Shown: piece after piece, positions 22,297 through 34,510 of the stretch
Position numbering within the stretch: position 1 is the first letter of the stretch
Layout of the letters: the number at the start of each line of letters is the position of its first letter
DNA from: Octopus bimaculoides
Lineage: Eukaryota
Reading direction: 5' to 3'
Assembly (NCBI RefSeq): GCF_001194135.2
Contig: NC_068991.1
Coordinates: 31,464,139-31,500,650, forward strand
DNA length: 36,512 bases
Notes under the pieces: generated by a model
Database searches by the model: none
The model's input: only the letters and a program-made list of their open reading frames with translations
What the model was told of the DNA's origin: nothing
Position numbers and translations under genes: made by a program

Positions 22297-22489
22297 ATTA
22301 TTATTATTATTATTATTATTATTGTTGTTGTTGTTGCTGTTGTTGTTCACTGCGGAATACATAAGACGTGTTTTCAAACGCTCCAGGTTGGTGCATCTTA
22401 AAACATTTTTTACACCGGTTTGGTGCTTATTTGCATCATATATTTTATTCCAAGTTGTCAATAGAAACACCAGGAACCTGTTACTGGTT

Positions 22490-22766
22490 TTCTACGATCG
22501 TTTAGCCCTTCTAGGGGCTATATTCGGCCCACCAAATAAGTTCCGTAGGGGTTTAACAAGATGGCGGAGCGCGTCTTGAAATTGTTGAGAAAAGACAACC
22601 CCTCCCGCGAATCTGGTGACTGCTGAAGATTTCCCTCCGTTATTGGCAACAACACAGGTGAAGGGGAGTAGAAAACGAAACTGTTACAGTACAAAGTTCA
22701 CCTCATGGTAACAGCAGCAGTAGTAGCAGCGACAATAGCGGAAGCAGCAACAGTGACAGCAGCCGC

Positions 22767-22828
<62 letters not shown>

Positions 22829-25800
22829 CAGCAGCAGCAGCAACCACAACGAAAGAGACAGCAACTGCAGCGGCAGTAGCGGTAGCAACAAAGATAGCAA
22901 AAGTGACAACAGCAGCAACAATAAAAGTGAGACCAACAACACCAACAAGAACAACGACAAAAACAACAACGGCAGCAGCAGTAACAACAACAGCAACAAG
23001 AACAATAACCAGAACATTGTCAACAACAGAAACACATTCGCAGCAGCAGTGAAAAAGAAGCAAATAGGGACGAGATGTTGACCCAGGCTTGGAAACTGGT
23101 TAAACAAGAAAAAACTTGGGCCAATCTAACTGTTCCGTCTGAGGCAATTGAAGCAGTGGAGAAAGAACGACACTTTTCGGATGCATCCCAACAGAGACGA
23201 AAAGAGCGACTTTAATAGCCCAAGTAGATATTGAGGCGGCGTTGAGGTGCATCGGAGATGATATCGAGTACATAGCGAGGGGAAAACAATACAGCACTAT
23301 TTCGGTGCCCTCGCTATGATAATTTCAATGACCCCTTGCAAAACCAACAAAGTCATTATGTACCCCCACCCCCACCCCACCCACATGGGGAAACGTACAG
23401 CACGTGCATTCTTAAGACTTGATATTTGGTGGGTTCTGGGATGCTTAATCGTGGAGGGGGCGATACTGTCCCGATAGAGGTGACGAACTACCAGGAAGGA
23501 CTGGTCCGCAGTTGACCTGGAGATACTTCTCCAGACCAGACCCGAAAACATTAAAAATCCCGGACCACACCCGTCCCCAGATACACATCATGACTGAGGG
23601 CAAAAGGCTGCATTGTTTCGCGTGTGGAGAAACGACCCATTTGCGAGCTCGCTGCCCCCAACTGGTAAAAAGTGCAAGAGGTCAAATGCCTCCAATTCTG
23701 CCTGCGCCTGGACGAGGACCACAAACAACACCAGCACCGGCAAAGCCACCAGCAATAACACCAAAGGCATTAACCGCCCTAGGGAGAAACAAGGAAAGCT
23801 CTCCCACCCACTCACACCAAACGAAAATGCACACATAAAAAAGATTAGAAACAACACACAGACACAGACACACTTACAACGACAGACCCATCATCTTCCA
23901 GTAGTGAAGATGAAGGAAAACTAAAAGGTCCATAAAGAAACAAAAAAAAAAGGCCCTCGTAACACAAAATATTGAATTTGAAGCAGAGGAAATGATATTC
24001 GAATCGAGCACATTTCGCGTACCAGAAGACTTACTTCTGGTGCGAATGTTGCTCGATTCCTACACAAAAATTCGAGAAAGCTTTCCGAAGGACGTAGGAA
24101 CCCCGAACGTGAGACCGACATCGAGGCACTTAAAGGGATTCCCCACCACCAAAAAAAATTAACCCCTACCAATTATGAAAGTTGAACTACCGGACTTTCA
24201 CAAGACACCTTTTCCTTCTCTCTTTGGCTTGCCAAAATAACCATATTAAGATTAAAATTTTTAAATGTTCGAGGCCTGGAGTCATCCTGGAAGCAAGGTG
24301 ACTAGAACTGGATATAATTGCTGTCAGTGAGACCAGGATTTCCAATACACGCGCACTGGCCCCAGTGTTCAAACGGCTATCAGATCTTTGCATCTGTTAA
24401 TCGGCCGGGAATGGGAAGTGGAGTGACAATGCTGTTTAGGAAAGAATCTCGAGGTAAAGTTGATCTTCTGGGACCCGGACAGGAAGTTGGTGGTTCTGGA
24501 CCTGAGCAATACAGAAAGTAGTGTCTTTAGACTCGTGGCCGTCTACGCCCCTACCGGAGCCAAACGGCTAGATTTCTTTAGGCGTCTGGAAGTCTTTCTA
24601 GATACATCTCGCCCTTTACTGTTAGTAGGGGACTAGAACGGAATATTAGGCCAACACTGGGATTGTGTGGGAGTAGCTGATAGAAGAGGTGGGTTCAAAA
24701 GCCCCAAGCACCTGATCAGCTAATTCCAACTGTCTGACAGGTATCGACGAGATTTCCCCAATGCACTAGTTTGGACCTGGACCAACCGCTTAGGGTCGTA
24801 TGTAGATAGGATTTTCACTAGGAAAATAGATAGCAATAGCGTAGGATGTCCATTTTTTAAAACGGTCGCCTATTCAGACCATAAGTTTGTAATCTGTACG
24901 GTCGACCTAGATAAGACGCATAGGCTAGGACCTGGGTACTGGAAGCGGAACATGTCGTTTACGGCACGTAAAGCTTACAGGGACCGGGTCAACAATTTAG
25001 TTGAGCAGAAGTTGACAGGGGAAGTCGTCAACAACAGGTGGTGAATGGCTCTCAAAAGAGAGATTAGAGCAATATCGATAGGGTTTAGCAAGAACTAGGC
25101 TATTTGTAGTGACACTGAAACCGACGTGCTAGCAGCGAGAATGGCATTAGACCAGTTCTTCAATGCGAAACACGAAGGTTGCATTGTCAGAGCTAAAGCG
25201 CGTACTCTAAGAAATGAGGGGATCAAAGTTGTTCAATGGGCCCGCGTGGTGGAGGCGCAGCATGGTAACATAACCACATTTCGGTCTTTGCTTGACCAAG
25301 ACGGACACGAGCTGAGTGATGCCGGGCAGATGTGCGAGGCCTATCACCAGCACTTTGCTCGGTTGTTCGGTGAGAGCGGCAGTGCGGAGATGATGGCAGA
25401 CTTCAGTCCCTACCTCGACGGCTTGCTGTGTCTTTCGACGGCCGACGCTGAGCGCTGTGAAAAGCAGATAACTTCAGCTGAAATTCAGGATGCCTTTGTC
25501 AGCTGCACAAGGCGCAAGTCACCCGGTTTAGATGGTCTGCCCTATGAACTTTATGCAAATATACCAGACTTGTACTCCGCTCTCCTCGAAGTGCTCTACT
25601 GCAACTGTCAGTAGAACGGGAATATTCCCAGTTCTGTGAGCCGGGGCGTAGTGATGCTAAGGAAAGACGAAAGCAAGAGGGACACATTAGTTAACTTCAG
25701 GGACACATTAGTTAGCTTCTGCTTCAAACAGAGTTTAAGATTTTGGCTAAGGTATTAGCGAAAAGGTTGGCGCTTGTCGTCGAGGATTTGGTTGGGGGGA

Positions 25801-27757
25801 GGCAAACCTGCGCAATCCCGACTAGGTCCATACACGACAACCTCCACCTCATGCGATACATCATAGAAAAGGTAAGGTGTAAACGTAGCTTCGGTGGGAC
25901 GCTGCTCAATTTAGATCAAGCGAAAGCATTCGATAGGGTTGATCCAGAAGCTGTCCTCAAAGCGGTTGGCTTCAGCCCCGTCTTCAGAGGTTGGATCACT
26001 GCAATGCACAGTGACATCTGATCTGCTCGGTGGTCAAAGTTGATGGCCACCTCTCGGAACCGTTTCAAATCTCCCGATCGGTTCGTCAAGGATGCCTTCT
26101 CTCCTCCCTTATGTACGCACTGACTCTTGTTCCTTTACTGCGGAAGCTGGATCTGCTGCATGACGTCCCGCTTGAAGCAGGACGCAGAAAGGCTGTGTCA
26201 GCATATACGGACGACATCACCGTGATGGCGTCGGACACCTCAGAAATCGAGGTAGTCGGTACATCATTGGAGGAATATGAAAAGTTGACGAGAGCAAAAC
26301 TTAACACGGAAAAGTCGGTGGGTTTGCAACTCGGCACCTGGAGAGGCAAGTCCATGCCGTCCAACAGCATCGTTGGGTGCTGAACGGACGGACCAGTAAA
26401 GTTGCTTGGGGTTTGGTTCGGACCAGACCTCCAGGTGGATAAGAAATAGAACGAAGTGATGAGTAGGGTAGTCAGTCTCACCCAGAAATGGGCTATGAGG
26501 AAGCTATCACTGAAAGATCGGGCGGGGGTAGCAAATGTGTACATCGCATCCGTCATCTACTACCGCTTGACCGTCGTGCCTTCACCAAGTTGTAATGCCT
26601 CCTCTTCAAATTCTTGTGGAGAGGACAGGTTCCATTGGTGAGGCGGTCCATCTGCTGCCAACACCCTCTACGCGGAGGGCTAGGCATGCCGTGGCTAATG
26701 ATGCGCAGACATCTCCAGATATTGTGCCTAGACACTAAACAGGTGTGGTCGCCGTTTGTCAAACATGTCTTTCCCCTGCTCATCTCCTTGACTGAGCTGC
26801 AGTCCTGGGTCAAGAAGAAACCGAGGCAGGGTAACTGACATGGAATGTTGCTAGGTACTCGCTGCCCTCTACCAGTCGGGCAATGCAATCAGTGGAACAT
26901 CCACTTTTGTGTTCTATAGAGGGTTAGTGGAGGTAAAGACCGATGAGGCACTTGGAGAAACGTTAGGCGTTGACGAAATCGAACTGACCAATCAGTTCAG
27001 GAGAATTTTCAAGCCGGGGACGATGATTAACTTCCAGAAATCCTTAGTTTGCTAGTTCTACAGGGGGAAGCACTGCCAGCTTGAGATTAACTCTACAGGC
27101 ACGGGAGTGCTGTCAGACAGACCTGCCCGAGATACGCGCAGAGCAACGAAACCGTTCTGCATGCACTCGTCCTTGCATTACTGACTTGTAGAGTTATGTT
27201 GAATAGCTGTTATCACGTGCAGGACGGATCCGGTTATCGGCCGAGTCCATAGTGAAGATCGATCCGCCGCCTTCCATTGGTCCGGAAAGTCAGGCAATTT
27301 TCCTCTGTCTGATAGCAGTAGCGAAAGAGGTTGTATGGTGGACCAGGCTGAAAGGACTAGAGACAGACACTTTTCTCTTCGGCCAATCACGCATCAAGTT
27401 TTCCAAATTTCACTTGGCTAGGAAGATGAGGGTGGAGAGAGAAGTGCTGCCTCCCAGTACATTTGCCAAAAGGTGGGTGAATGCAGCAAAAATGGCCCGT
27501 GTGAGAGGACCTACTCTAATAATGCGCCTGTAAGCTAGTGAATTTGAGAAGAAGGGTGCCCTTCCCGGATGCCCTCGAAGCGTCGAGTGGTTCAGGATTG
27601 GTGAAGCATCTGAGCCAACTCCAGGTGATTACCCCTCTACTGGGGAACTTTCATTGTTATATTCTTTTTGTTTGATATTATTGTTGTTGTTTTGTGTAAA
27701 ATCCCCACTGTCCATGTCTACTATATTTTGGCCCTGGTGGCCAATAAATGAAATAAG
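22490..27757 (+). mobile_element. Near full-length decayed Tx1/L1-like LINE (ORF1 with CCHC knuckle; ORF2 APE, RT, zf-RVT; 3' UTR)
   Basis: ORF1: EDFPPL, RTTLF...IEYIARG, CFACGETTHLRARCP (23614-23655). APE: NVRGL, AVSET, VAVYAP, SDHK, GPGYWK. RT: KSPGLDGLPYE, LDQAKAFDRV, VRQGC, AYTDD, KLLGVWF. C-terminus: CPR...ETVLHALV. Ends in the tggccctggtggcca hairpin and aataaatgaaataa. The 5' boundary is uncertain. Confidence 0.9.
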
Positions 27758-27758
27758 G

Positions 27759-27760
<2 letters not shown>

Positions 27761-27837
<77 letters not shown>
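27761..27837. repeat. (AAT)n microsatellite
   Basis: Read directly. Confidence 0.97.
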
Positions 27838-28181
27838 GCAAACTATGCTGGATCAGAGATATAGTATGCCCAGCTGACAACAAGGTATGCGGTAAGGAAG
27901 AAAGAAAAGTCGATAGATATGACAGGTGAGCTTGGGAGGTTAAGCAGTTGTGGTCGATGAAAAAGGTGGTAGTAGTACCAATAATTGTAGGAGCCCTGGG
28001 AACAGTGAGTAAAAATCTTGAGAAGTACATGGAACAAATAGGGGCTGCAATAAGGGTGGAGCACTTGCAGAAAACAGCACTGCTTGGAACCGCTCGAAAA
28101 ATGAGGGGTGTTACCTTAGTTCACTGGTAGTGAACAGCTGGCACCGTAGTACATCTCCAGCGATAGAAGCTGTGCAAAGAC
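27838..28181 (+). mobile_element. R4/Dong-like non-LTR element, 5' truncated: restriction-like endonuclease C-terminus and 3' UTR
   Basis: IRDIVCPADNKVCGKEERKVDRY and WSMKKVVVVPIIVGALG...HLQKTALLGTAR are typical of the RLE terminus of the R4 clade. UTR hairpin gttcact-ggt-agtgaac. (AAT)n on both sides. Confidence 0.82.
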
Positions 28182-28184
28182 AAT

Positions 28185-28198
28185 AAATAATAATAATA

Positions 28199-28244
<46 letters not shown>

Positions 28245-28259
28245 GGATGATGAGGATGG

Positions 28260-28292
<33 letters not shown>

Positions 28293-28312
28293 GGATGATG
28301 ATGAGGATGAGG
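28185..28312. repeat. (AAT)n(GAT)n compound microsatellite
   Basis: Read directly. Confidence 0.95.
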
Positions 28313-28985
28313 GGAACAATACAAAGACAGACATAAAGTGTGGGTGTTTACAAATAATGAAATGGTAAAAGAAAAGGGGATAAGTATGTACTGAAAAAGA
28401 AGGGACATACAAATAGTATACGAAGATTTCAAAAAAAGGAGGAGAGGAGGATGATAGAAGTATAGCCTTCCTGATATAGGAGGACCTCTAGGATAATCGA
28501 GGAACCCCACTGTCCGAGATTTCTCTGAACACCAAGAGCAAGTGCCCTCTCCAATTCCTTCTCTCCGACTTACAGGTCTAAACTTCGAGAGGTACCATCC
28601 GCTTTTGCCATTTTTGCAACTTTCACCACCTTTCAATAAACTCATTCGAGGACAGCATTTCCCTCTCCACTCTCAATTTCCTTATAAAGTGAAACTTGAA
28701 GAAGTTAATGAGAATTCCACCAGAGAGGAATGTATCTGTCCTCATGCCTTTCAACCTTGTCTACCAAACAACCCCCTTCGCCACAGCCACTAGGCAAAGG
28801 AAAACTGTTTTGCCTGTCTGATTGAAGGAGGGCGGCGGGACAATCATCACTACAGACTCGGCCGTCCCACACGTGACAGCAACTGTTCGACATAAACCCA
28901 CACGTCAGCAATGCCGGGACACTGAACGAGTGCGTGCAGAACGGTTTCGTGACTCTGGATTTATTCTCTAAATTTGCCCAACTCT
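28313..28985 (-). mobile_element. Tx1/L1-like LINE 3' fragment
   Basis: Hand translation gives HETVLHALVQCP and VPPPSFNQTGKTVFLCLVAVAKGVVW*TRLKG...FFKFHFIRKLRVERE, homologous to ORF 27252..27533. CT-rich UTR runs into (CAT)n. Confidence 0.85.
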
Positions 28986-30049
28986 ACCGTACAGTCCCGC
29001 AATAGATGTCAGGGAATAGTTTTGTTGTAACCGACTGCGCATATTTTCTGTCGTCTAATAACCAAAGTTTGAAGTAGTTTTTGTTGTTCTCCTCTAACTA
29101 GAATATATTTGGTCACCCAAATTAAAAGAAAAAGACATAAGAAATGACTTTTTTAGGAGAATACAATAGTTTCATTAATGATGAAATAGAAGAATTTGTT
29201 TTTGGCGAAGAATTCTTTCGAGTCTATCCCGGAACAACAAAATAAAACTAAGAAACTAGTTCTAGTATCAAATGCCAAAAGCCAGCGAACAATTGGTCAT
29301 AGAGATTCGATTGTTGACTAACATTTCTGCTTTAAAATTTCATCATCATCGCTGTCATCATCATTATTTTCATTACCATCATCATTATCGTCGTCGTCGT
29401 CGTCATTATAGTCGTCATCATTGTCATCATCATCATCATCATCATCATATTTCTCATCTACTTCTCTTCGTCTTCTCCCCTATTCTGCCACCTCTTCTAC
29501 TTATCTCAACTGACGAAAATCAATACCACTATCACATACAACGTTGTTTCCATAGAGATTTGAATTTCTCAGCTCCCGAGAGTAAACAAGGAGGGATTAT
29601 TTGAGCTTTTTCCTTTTTCCTTTTTTTATTTACAATTTGTTGTTTGTTGCTATTGTGAGTGAATGTATCTCTGTTTATGCATGCTAGTGTGTGTGCGTGT
29701 GTGTGTGTGTGCGCGCGCGTCTATCTGTGGTGTCAGGTTTGATAATATCAATGAATAAATAAAAAATACAAATATCACGGGATACAAAAATGTAGAGTAA
29801 TGTAGAGATAAAGCAATACACACGCACACACCCACACACACACACACACACACATGTAAAACAAGACATACTAAACATATATTATTTATACACTATATAT
29901 ATACACACATACATACACGTATAAAAATATGCATAAATGCTTGTGTTTAGTGAATTATTTAATTATATGCAAGTATACATATAAATACGTGTGCACATAT
30001 GTCTGTATGGACATGTGTACAAGTATATGTATATATACATATTCTTTTA

Positions 30050-30215
30050 TTCTTTTACTTGTTTCAGTCATTTGACTGCGACCATGCTGGAGCACCGCCT
30101 AGTAGTTATTCCAGCGTTCTTTTTTGCCAAACCGCTAAGTTACAGGGACGTAAACACACCAGCATCGGTTGTCAAGCGATATTGGGGGAAGAAGCACAGA
30201 CGCACAAACATACAC
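30050..30215 (-). mobile_element. SINE family 1, 3' half with internal deletion
   Basis: cttgtttcagtcatttgactgcgaccatgctggagcaccgcc...acaccagcatcggttgtcaagcg. Confidence 0.88.
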
Positions 30216-30222
30216 ACACACA

Positions 30223-30264
<42 letters not shown>

Positions 30265-31169
30265 NNNNNNNNNNNNNNNNNNNNNNNNNNNNNNNNNNNN
30301 NNNNNNNNNNNNNNNNNNNNNNNNNNNNNNNNNNNNNNNNNNNNNNNNNNNNNNNNNNNNNNNNNNNNNNNNNNNNNNNNNNNNNNNNNNNNNNNNNNNN
30401 NNNNNNNNNNNNNNNNNNNNNNNNNNNNNNNNNNNNNNNNNNNNNNNNNNNNNNNNNNNNNNNNNNNNNNNNNNNNNNNNNNNNNNNNNNNNNNNNNNNN
30501 NNNNNNNNNNNNNNNNNNNNNNNNNNNNNNNNNNNNNNNNNNNNNNNNNNNNNNNNNNNNNNNNNNNNNNNNNNNNNNNNNNNNNNNNNNNNNNNNNNNN
30601 NNNNNNNNNNNNNNNNNNNNNNNNNNNNNNNNNNNNNNNNNNNNNNNNNNNNNNNNNNNNNNNNNNNNNNNNNNNNNNNNNNNNNNNNNNNNNNNNNNNN
30701 NNNNNNNNNNNNNNNNNNNNNNNNNNNNNNNNNNNNNNNNNNNNNNNNNNNNNNNNNNNNNNNNNNNNNNNNNNNNNNNNNNNNNNNNNNNNNNNNNNNN
30801 NNNNNNNNNNNNNNNNNNNNNNNNNNNNNNNNNNNNNNNNNNNNNNNNNNNNNNNNNNNNNNNNNNNNNNNNNNNNNNNNNNNNNNNNNNNNNNNNNNNN
30901 NNNNNNNNNNNNNNNNNNNNNNNNNNNNNNNNNNNNNNNNNNNNNNNNNNNNNNNNNNNNNNNNNNNNNNNNNNNNNNNNNNNNNNNNNNNNNNNNNNNN
31001 NNNNNNNNNNNNNNNNNNNNNNNNNNNNNNNNNNNNNNNNNNNNNNNNNNNNNNNNNNNNNNNNTATATATATATATATATATATATATATGGTTATGTG
31101 TATTTATATATGTGTATGTTTTTATGTCTGTGTGTGTCTAAGATGTGTACTAGGCAAGCGTATATATAT

Positions 31170-31335
31170 CCTTTTATCTTTCACTTGTTTCAGGGGTTTA
31201 GTTGGACAAATCGGCCACAGTATTTATTTTAAGTCTGGCACTTATTCTATCGGTCCCTTTTTGCCGAACCGCAGACAATAGGGACGTAAACAATTGAACA
31301 ACGGTGGTCAAGCGGTAGTGGAGGACAAACACAAA
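31170..31335 (-). mobile_element. SINE family 1, diverged 3' half
   Basis: cacttattctatcggtcccttttgccgaaccgc...gggacgtaaac...gtcaagcggtagtggaggacaaacac. Confidence 0.75.
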
Positions 31336-31439
31336 AATATGCACATAGATATATAAGTATGAATACGTGTGTGTGTGTGTGTGTGTGTGTAAGAAAAGTC
31401 AGCGAGCATATATATATTCACTGTCATATATGTGCGTAT

Positions 31440-31930
31440 GAGTACATGAAATCCTCAAAACGAAATCTCACACAACCAACATCGATGCCCCATACAACTA
31501 CAAAAACCGAACAACAAACCCTCTAAAAATATCACGCAGCTCACAATTAGTGGTATGCGAAGCTGCCGTTGCCACCACTAGTCCCACTTCCACTGCCGAA
31601 CTGAATTATATATAGATACGACGGCAGGCACTTCAAAGAACGATATAACTACCACACTGCTACGTTCAGGCATATTGAAAAGGGAAACGCCACTAAATTA
31701 TCAAGTCACATCTAGAGTTTACAAATCAGTGACAAGGAATTTAACATAAAGTAGAAAATACTAAAACAGTGCAAATCCAACATAAATGGAAACAAATTAT
31801 GTGACACCAGCACAACTGAGAAGAGCCTCATATTCTGGAATACACTTACGACTAACATCTACTTAAATTATCATATCTGAAATGTTTAGTAACAGAAAAC
31901 ATCCCAGTAAACATTTACTTCGTTAACGGA
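31440..31930 (+). mobile_element. PLE linker and GIY-YIG endonuclease relic (Nematis-like)
   Basis: Hand translation gives YNYKNRTTNPL (eroded CNC..CPL), LVVCEAAV, YI(D)T, FKERYNYHTATFRH...NATKLSSHI*SL...NIK*KILK...LCD..TEK...YLN...KHPSKHLL. The stops fall at conserved Trp positions. Confidence 0.7.
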
Positions 31931-32056
31931 ATGCAACACCACTGCTTTTACTAGCCCAAACGCCAAATAAACCCACTCAGAACTTAACAGGGACAACCGA
32001 ACACACTAACAACCACTTGTTTATTTTTAACCCATATTTCTTCCTCCATCTCTCTA

Positions 32057-32099
<43 letters not shown>

Positions 32100-33442
32100 A
32101 CGTCTATCTATTTATCTATCTATCTACCTCTGTTCTCTCTACCCACCGCCACCGAGATTTTAACCTCTCTCTCTTTCACGACATGCCCCTCATCTAGAAT
32201 CGACTTGGCTCCAAAGGGTGTATTCGTGACCGACGTATATATGGAGGTCGTATAGACATGCCTTGTATGTGGACGTCTCTGTACTATGGATAATTATACA
32301 TAGGTTTTTGATGTTGTAAGCAGTTACACAGACAATTTTAAGTGTGTTTAATCACACCACATATATACGTATGGCAGTGAATATATACTAATGATATTTA
32401 ATAACATTACCTCCGTGTATACAATGTATTTTGCAATGTAAATTCCTAAACGCACCAAGATGTATCAGGGAATTCGCTGATATGTGTATATAATAAAAAT
32501 GGCGATACCACACAAAACTGTGAAACTAGCAGCACATCAAACATATAGTTGAATTGCTTATATCTTTTATGTACTGGCTAGTTTTCAGGATTCCAATACA
32601 ACAAGGAAAGTAAAGAAGCCTGTTCTAAAGATAAACAGAGACTATTTGATGCTGTTAAAGCTTGCTAACGGACTCATTCTATCAGCTTTTGAAGATTACC
32701 TTCTTTTTTAAAATTTTATTTCTGTTGCTTTTTTTGCTAGTGAATGTAATTCTAAACATGCCTAAAAGACGAGACAACAGTTCGAATGCATTTTATCATT
32801 AAGTATACTTGGGCCTAAACTGCAACGACTGTGTGCCAATGACAAACTTCCTCATCAAGACCAGAAAATACTTCGATTACAGGTCTGCTTTCTGAGAGCT
32901 GAGTGGAAGCTAGATAAGAACAGTCATTTTGATCAATGCCCTGGTGGATAAGAGCTAGCTTAGTGTTATACAGCTGAACAGCTCCTGAATCACTGCGAAA
33001 TTCCAGCGATAACTAAATAGGAGTATCGCTGCACGATTGTGGAGCGGATTTACTGATCCAAACTGGATCCAAATTAATCGTATTCACCAATATACTTCCA
33101 CCTCTTGTGCACAGGCGAGATGCTATCTCACTCTGTCTATTGTTTCACTTCTAAAACGGTATCTGCATTCCAACCTAATTCTACCTGACATACCTGTTTC
33201 TCCTCTCGCTATACTGCGTCTCATCTTCTAGGACCCACACGAACCCCATAGTATCTCCCTTTCTCCACAACCTTTATTCATTTGGAACTCCTTTCTCAAG
33301 CCCACTTTTCCTGCAGAACACCATAGTGTCATCTTTACCAGTCTCGCTCCTCCTGACTAAATCTAAAACAAGAATAAAATACAAATATCTGAAGACAAAT
33401 TCTCTAACACATGCTTTCTCCCTCTCGTTCCCTGTCCCTTTT

Positions 33443-33507
<65 letters not shown>

Positions 33508-34019
33508 CACACACACACTAACACGGCCCAAAACAAATACATCAACACACCGCCATATTCTGTGCGATGGTGACAGTTCCCCACCCTCTATACCCTACAC
33601 GCCCTTTTCATGAGCAAGCTGCTACCATTTTACAAATGGACACAAACATAAAAGTTCAAAGACGCGTCACCTTGAGCTTTATTCGTCTTCTGCTGTTCTT
33701 TAAATAGATTTTTTTAATATAAATTTTTTATATTTTTCTTTTGTTGTTGTGTGGTTTACTATTGAAATAGGTTATTTACAAAAGCTGACGGGATAGCTAT
33801 TGTATTACGCCATATTTGTGTATCGTCAGTGAGGTTGTGATCTGTTTATCTAGAAGTGAGATGAGACAGGGCTGTATGTGATTAAGTTGACATTGCTAAT
33901 ATATGGCCAACGACCAATGAAGCATGCCGGACCTTTCTCGTAATCAGATACTTCTTTTCTTTTTGTTAGCTGCAGTTCACTCATTCACTTATTTTCTCTC
34001 CTTCTCCTCCCCTATCTCT

Positions 34020-34027
34020 TCTTCTTC

Positions 34028-34068
<41 letters not shown>

Positions 34069-34290
34069 ACTCTTCTTCTTTTTCTTCTTCTTCTTCTTCT
34101 TCTTCTTCTTCTTCTTCTTCTTCTTCTTCTTCTTCTTCTTCTTCTTCTTTTTCTCCTCCTCTTCCTCCTCCTTTTTCCCTTTATTCTTTTTTCTTTTTCT
34201 TATTTTTTTCTTTTTCTTTTTCTTCTCTTCTTTCTCTTCTTTTTGTCTTCTCTTTCTTCTTCTTCCTCTTCTTTTTTGTTTTTTTCTTCT
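34020..34290. repeat. (TTA)n, (CTT)n and polypyrimidine tract
   Basis: Read directly. Confidence 0.93.
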
Positions 34291-34400
34291 TCCTCTCTCC
34301 CTCTATCCATCTATCTAAAGCTATAACTTTTTTCTTTCAGATACTCGTTACATGTGTATAGCCTTACTATGTATATCTATATATTTAATCATGCATATTA

Positions 34401-34510
34401 AAGGCGGCAAGCTAACAGAATCGTTAAACACGCCGGGCAAAATGCTTAGCGGTATTTCGTCCGTCTTTACGTTTTGAGTTCAAATTGCGCCGACGTCAAC
34501 TTCCCCTTTA
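34401..34510 (+). mobile_element. SINE family 2 head, truncated by a family 1 copy
   Basis: aaggcggcaagctaacagaatcgttaaacacgccgggc...gagttcaaattgcgccgacgtcaact. Confidence 0.82.
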
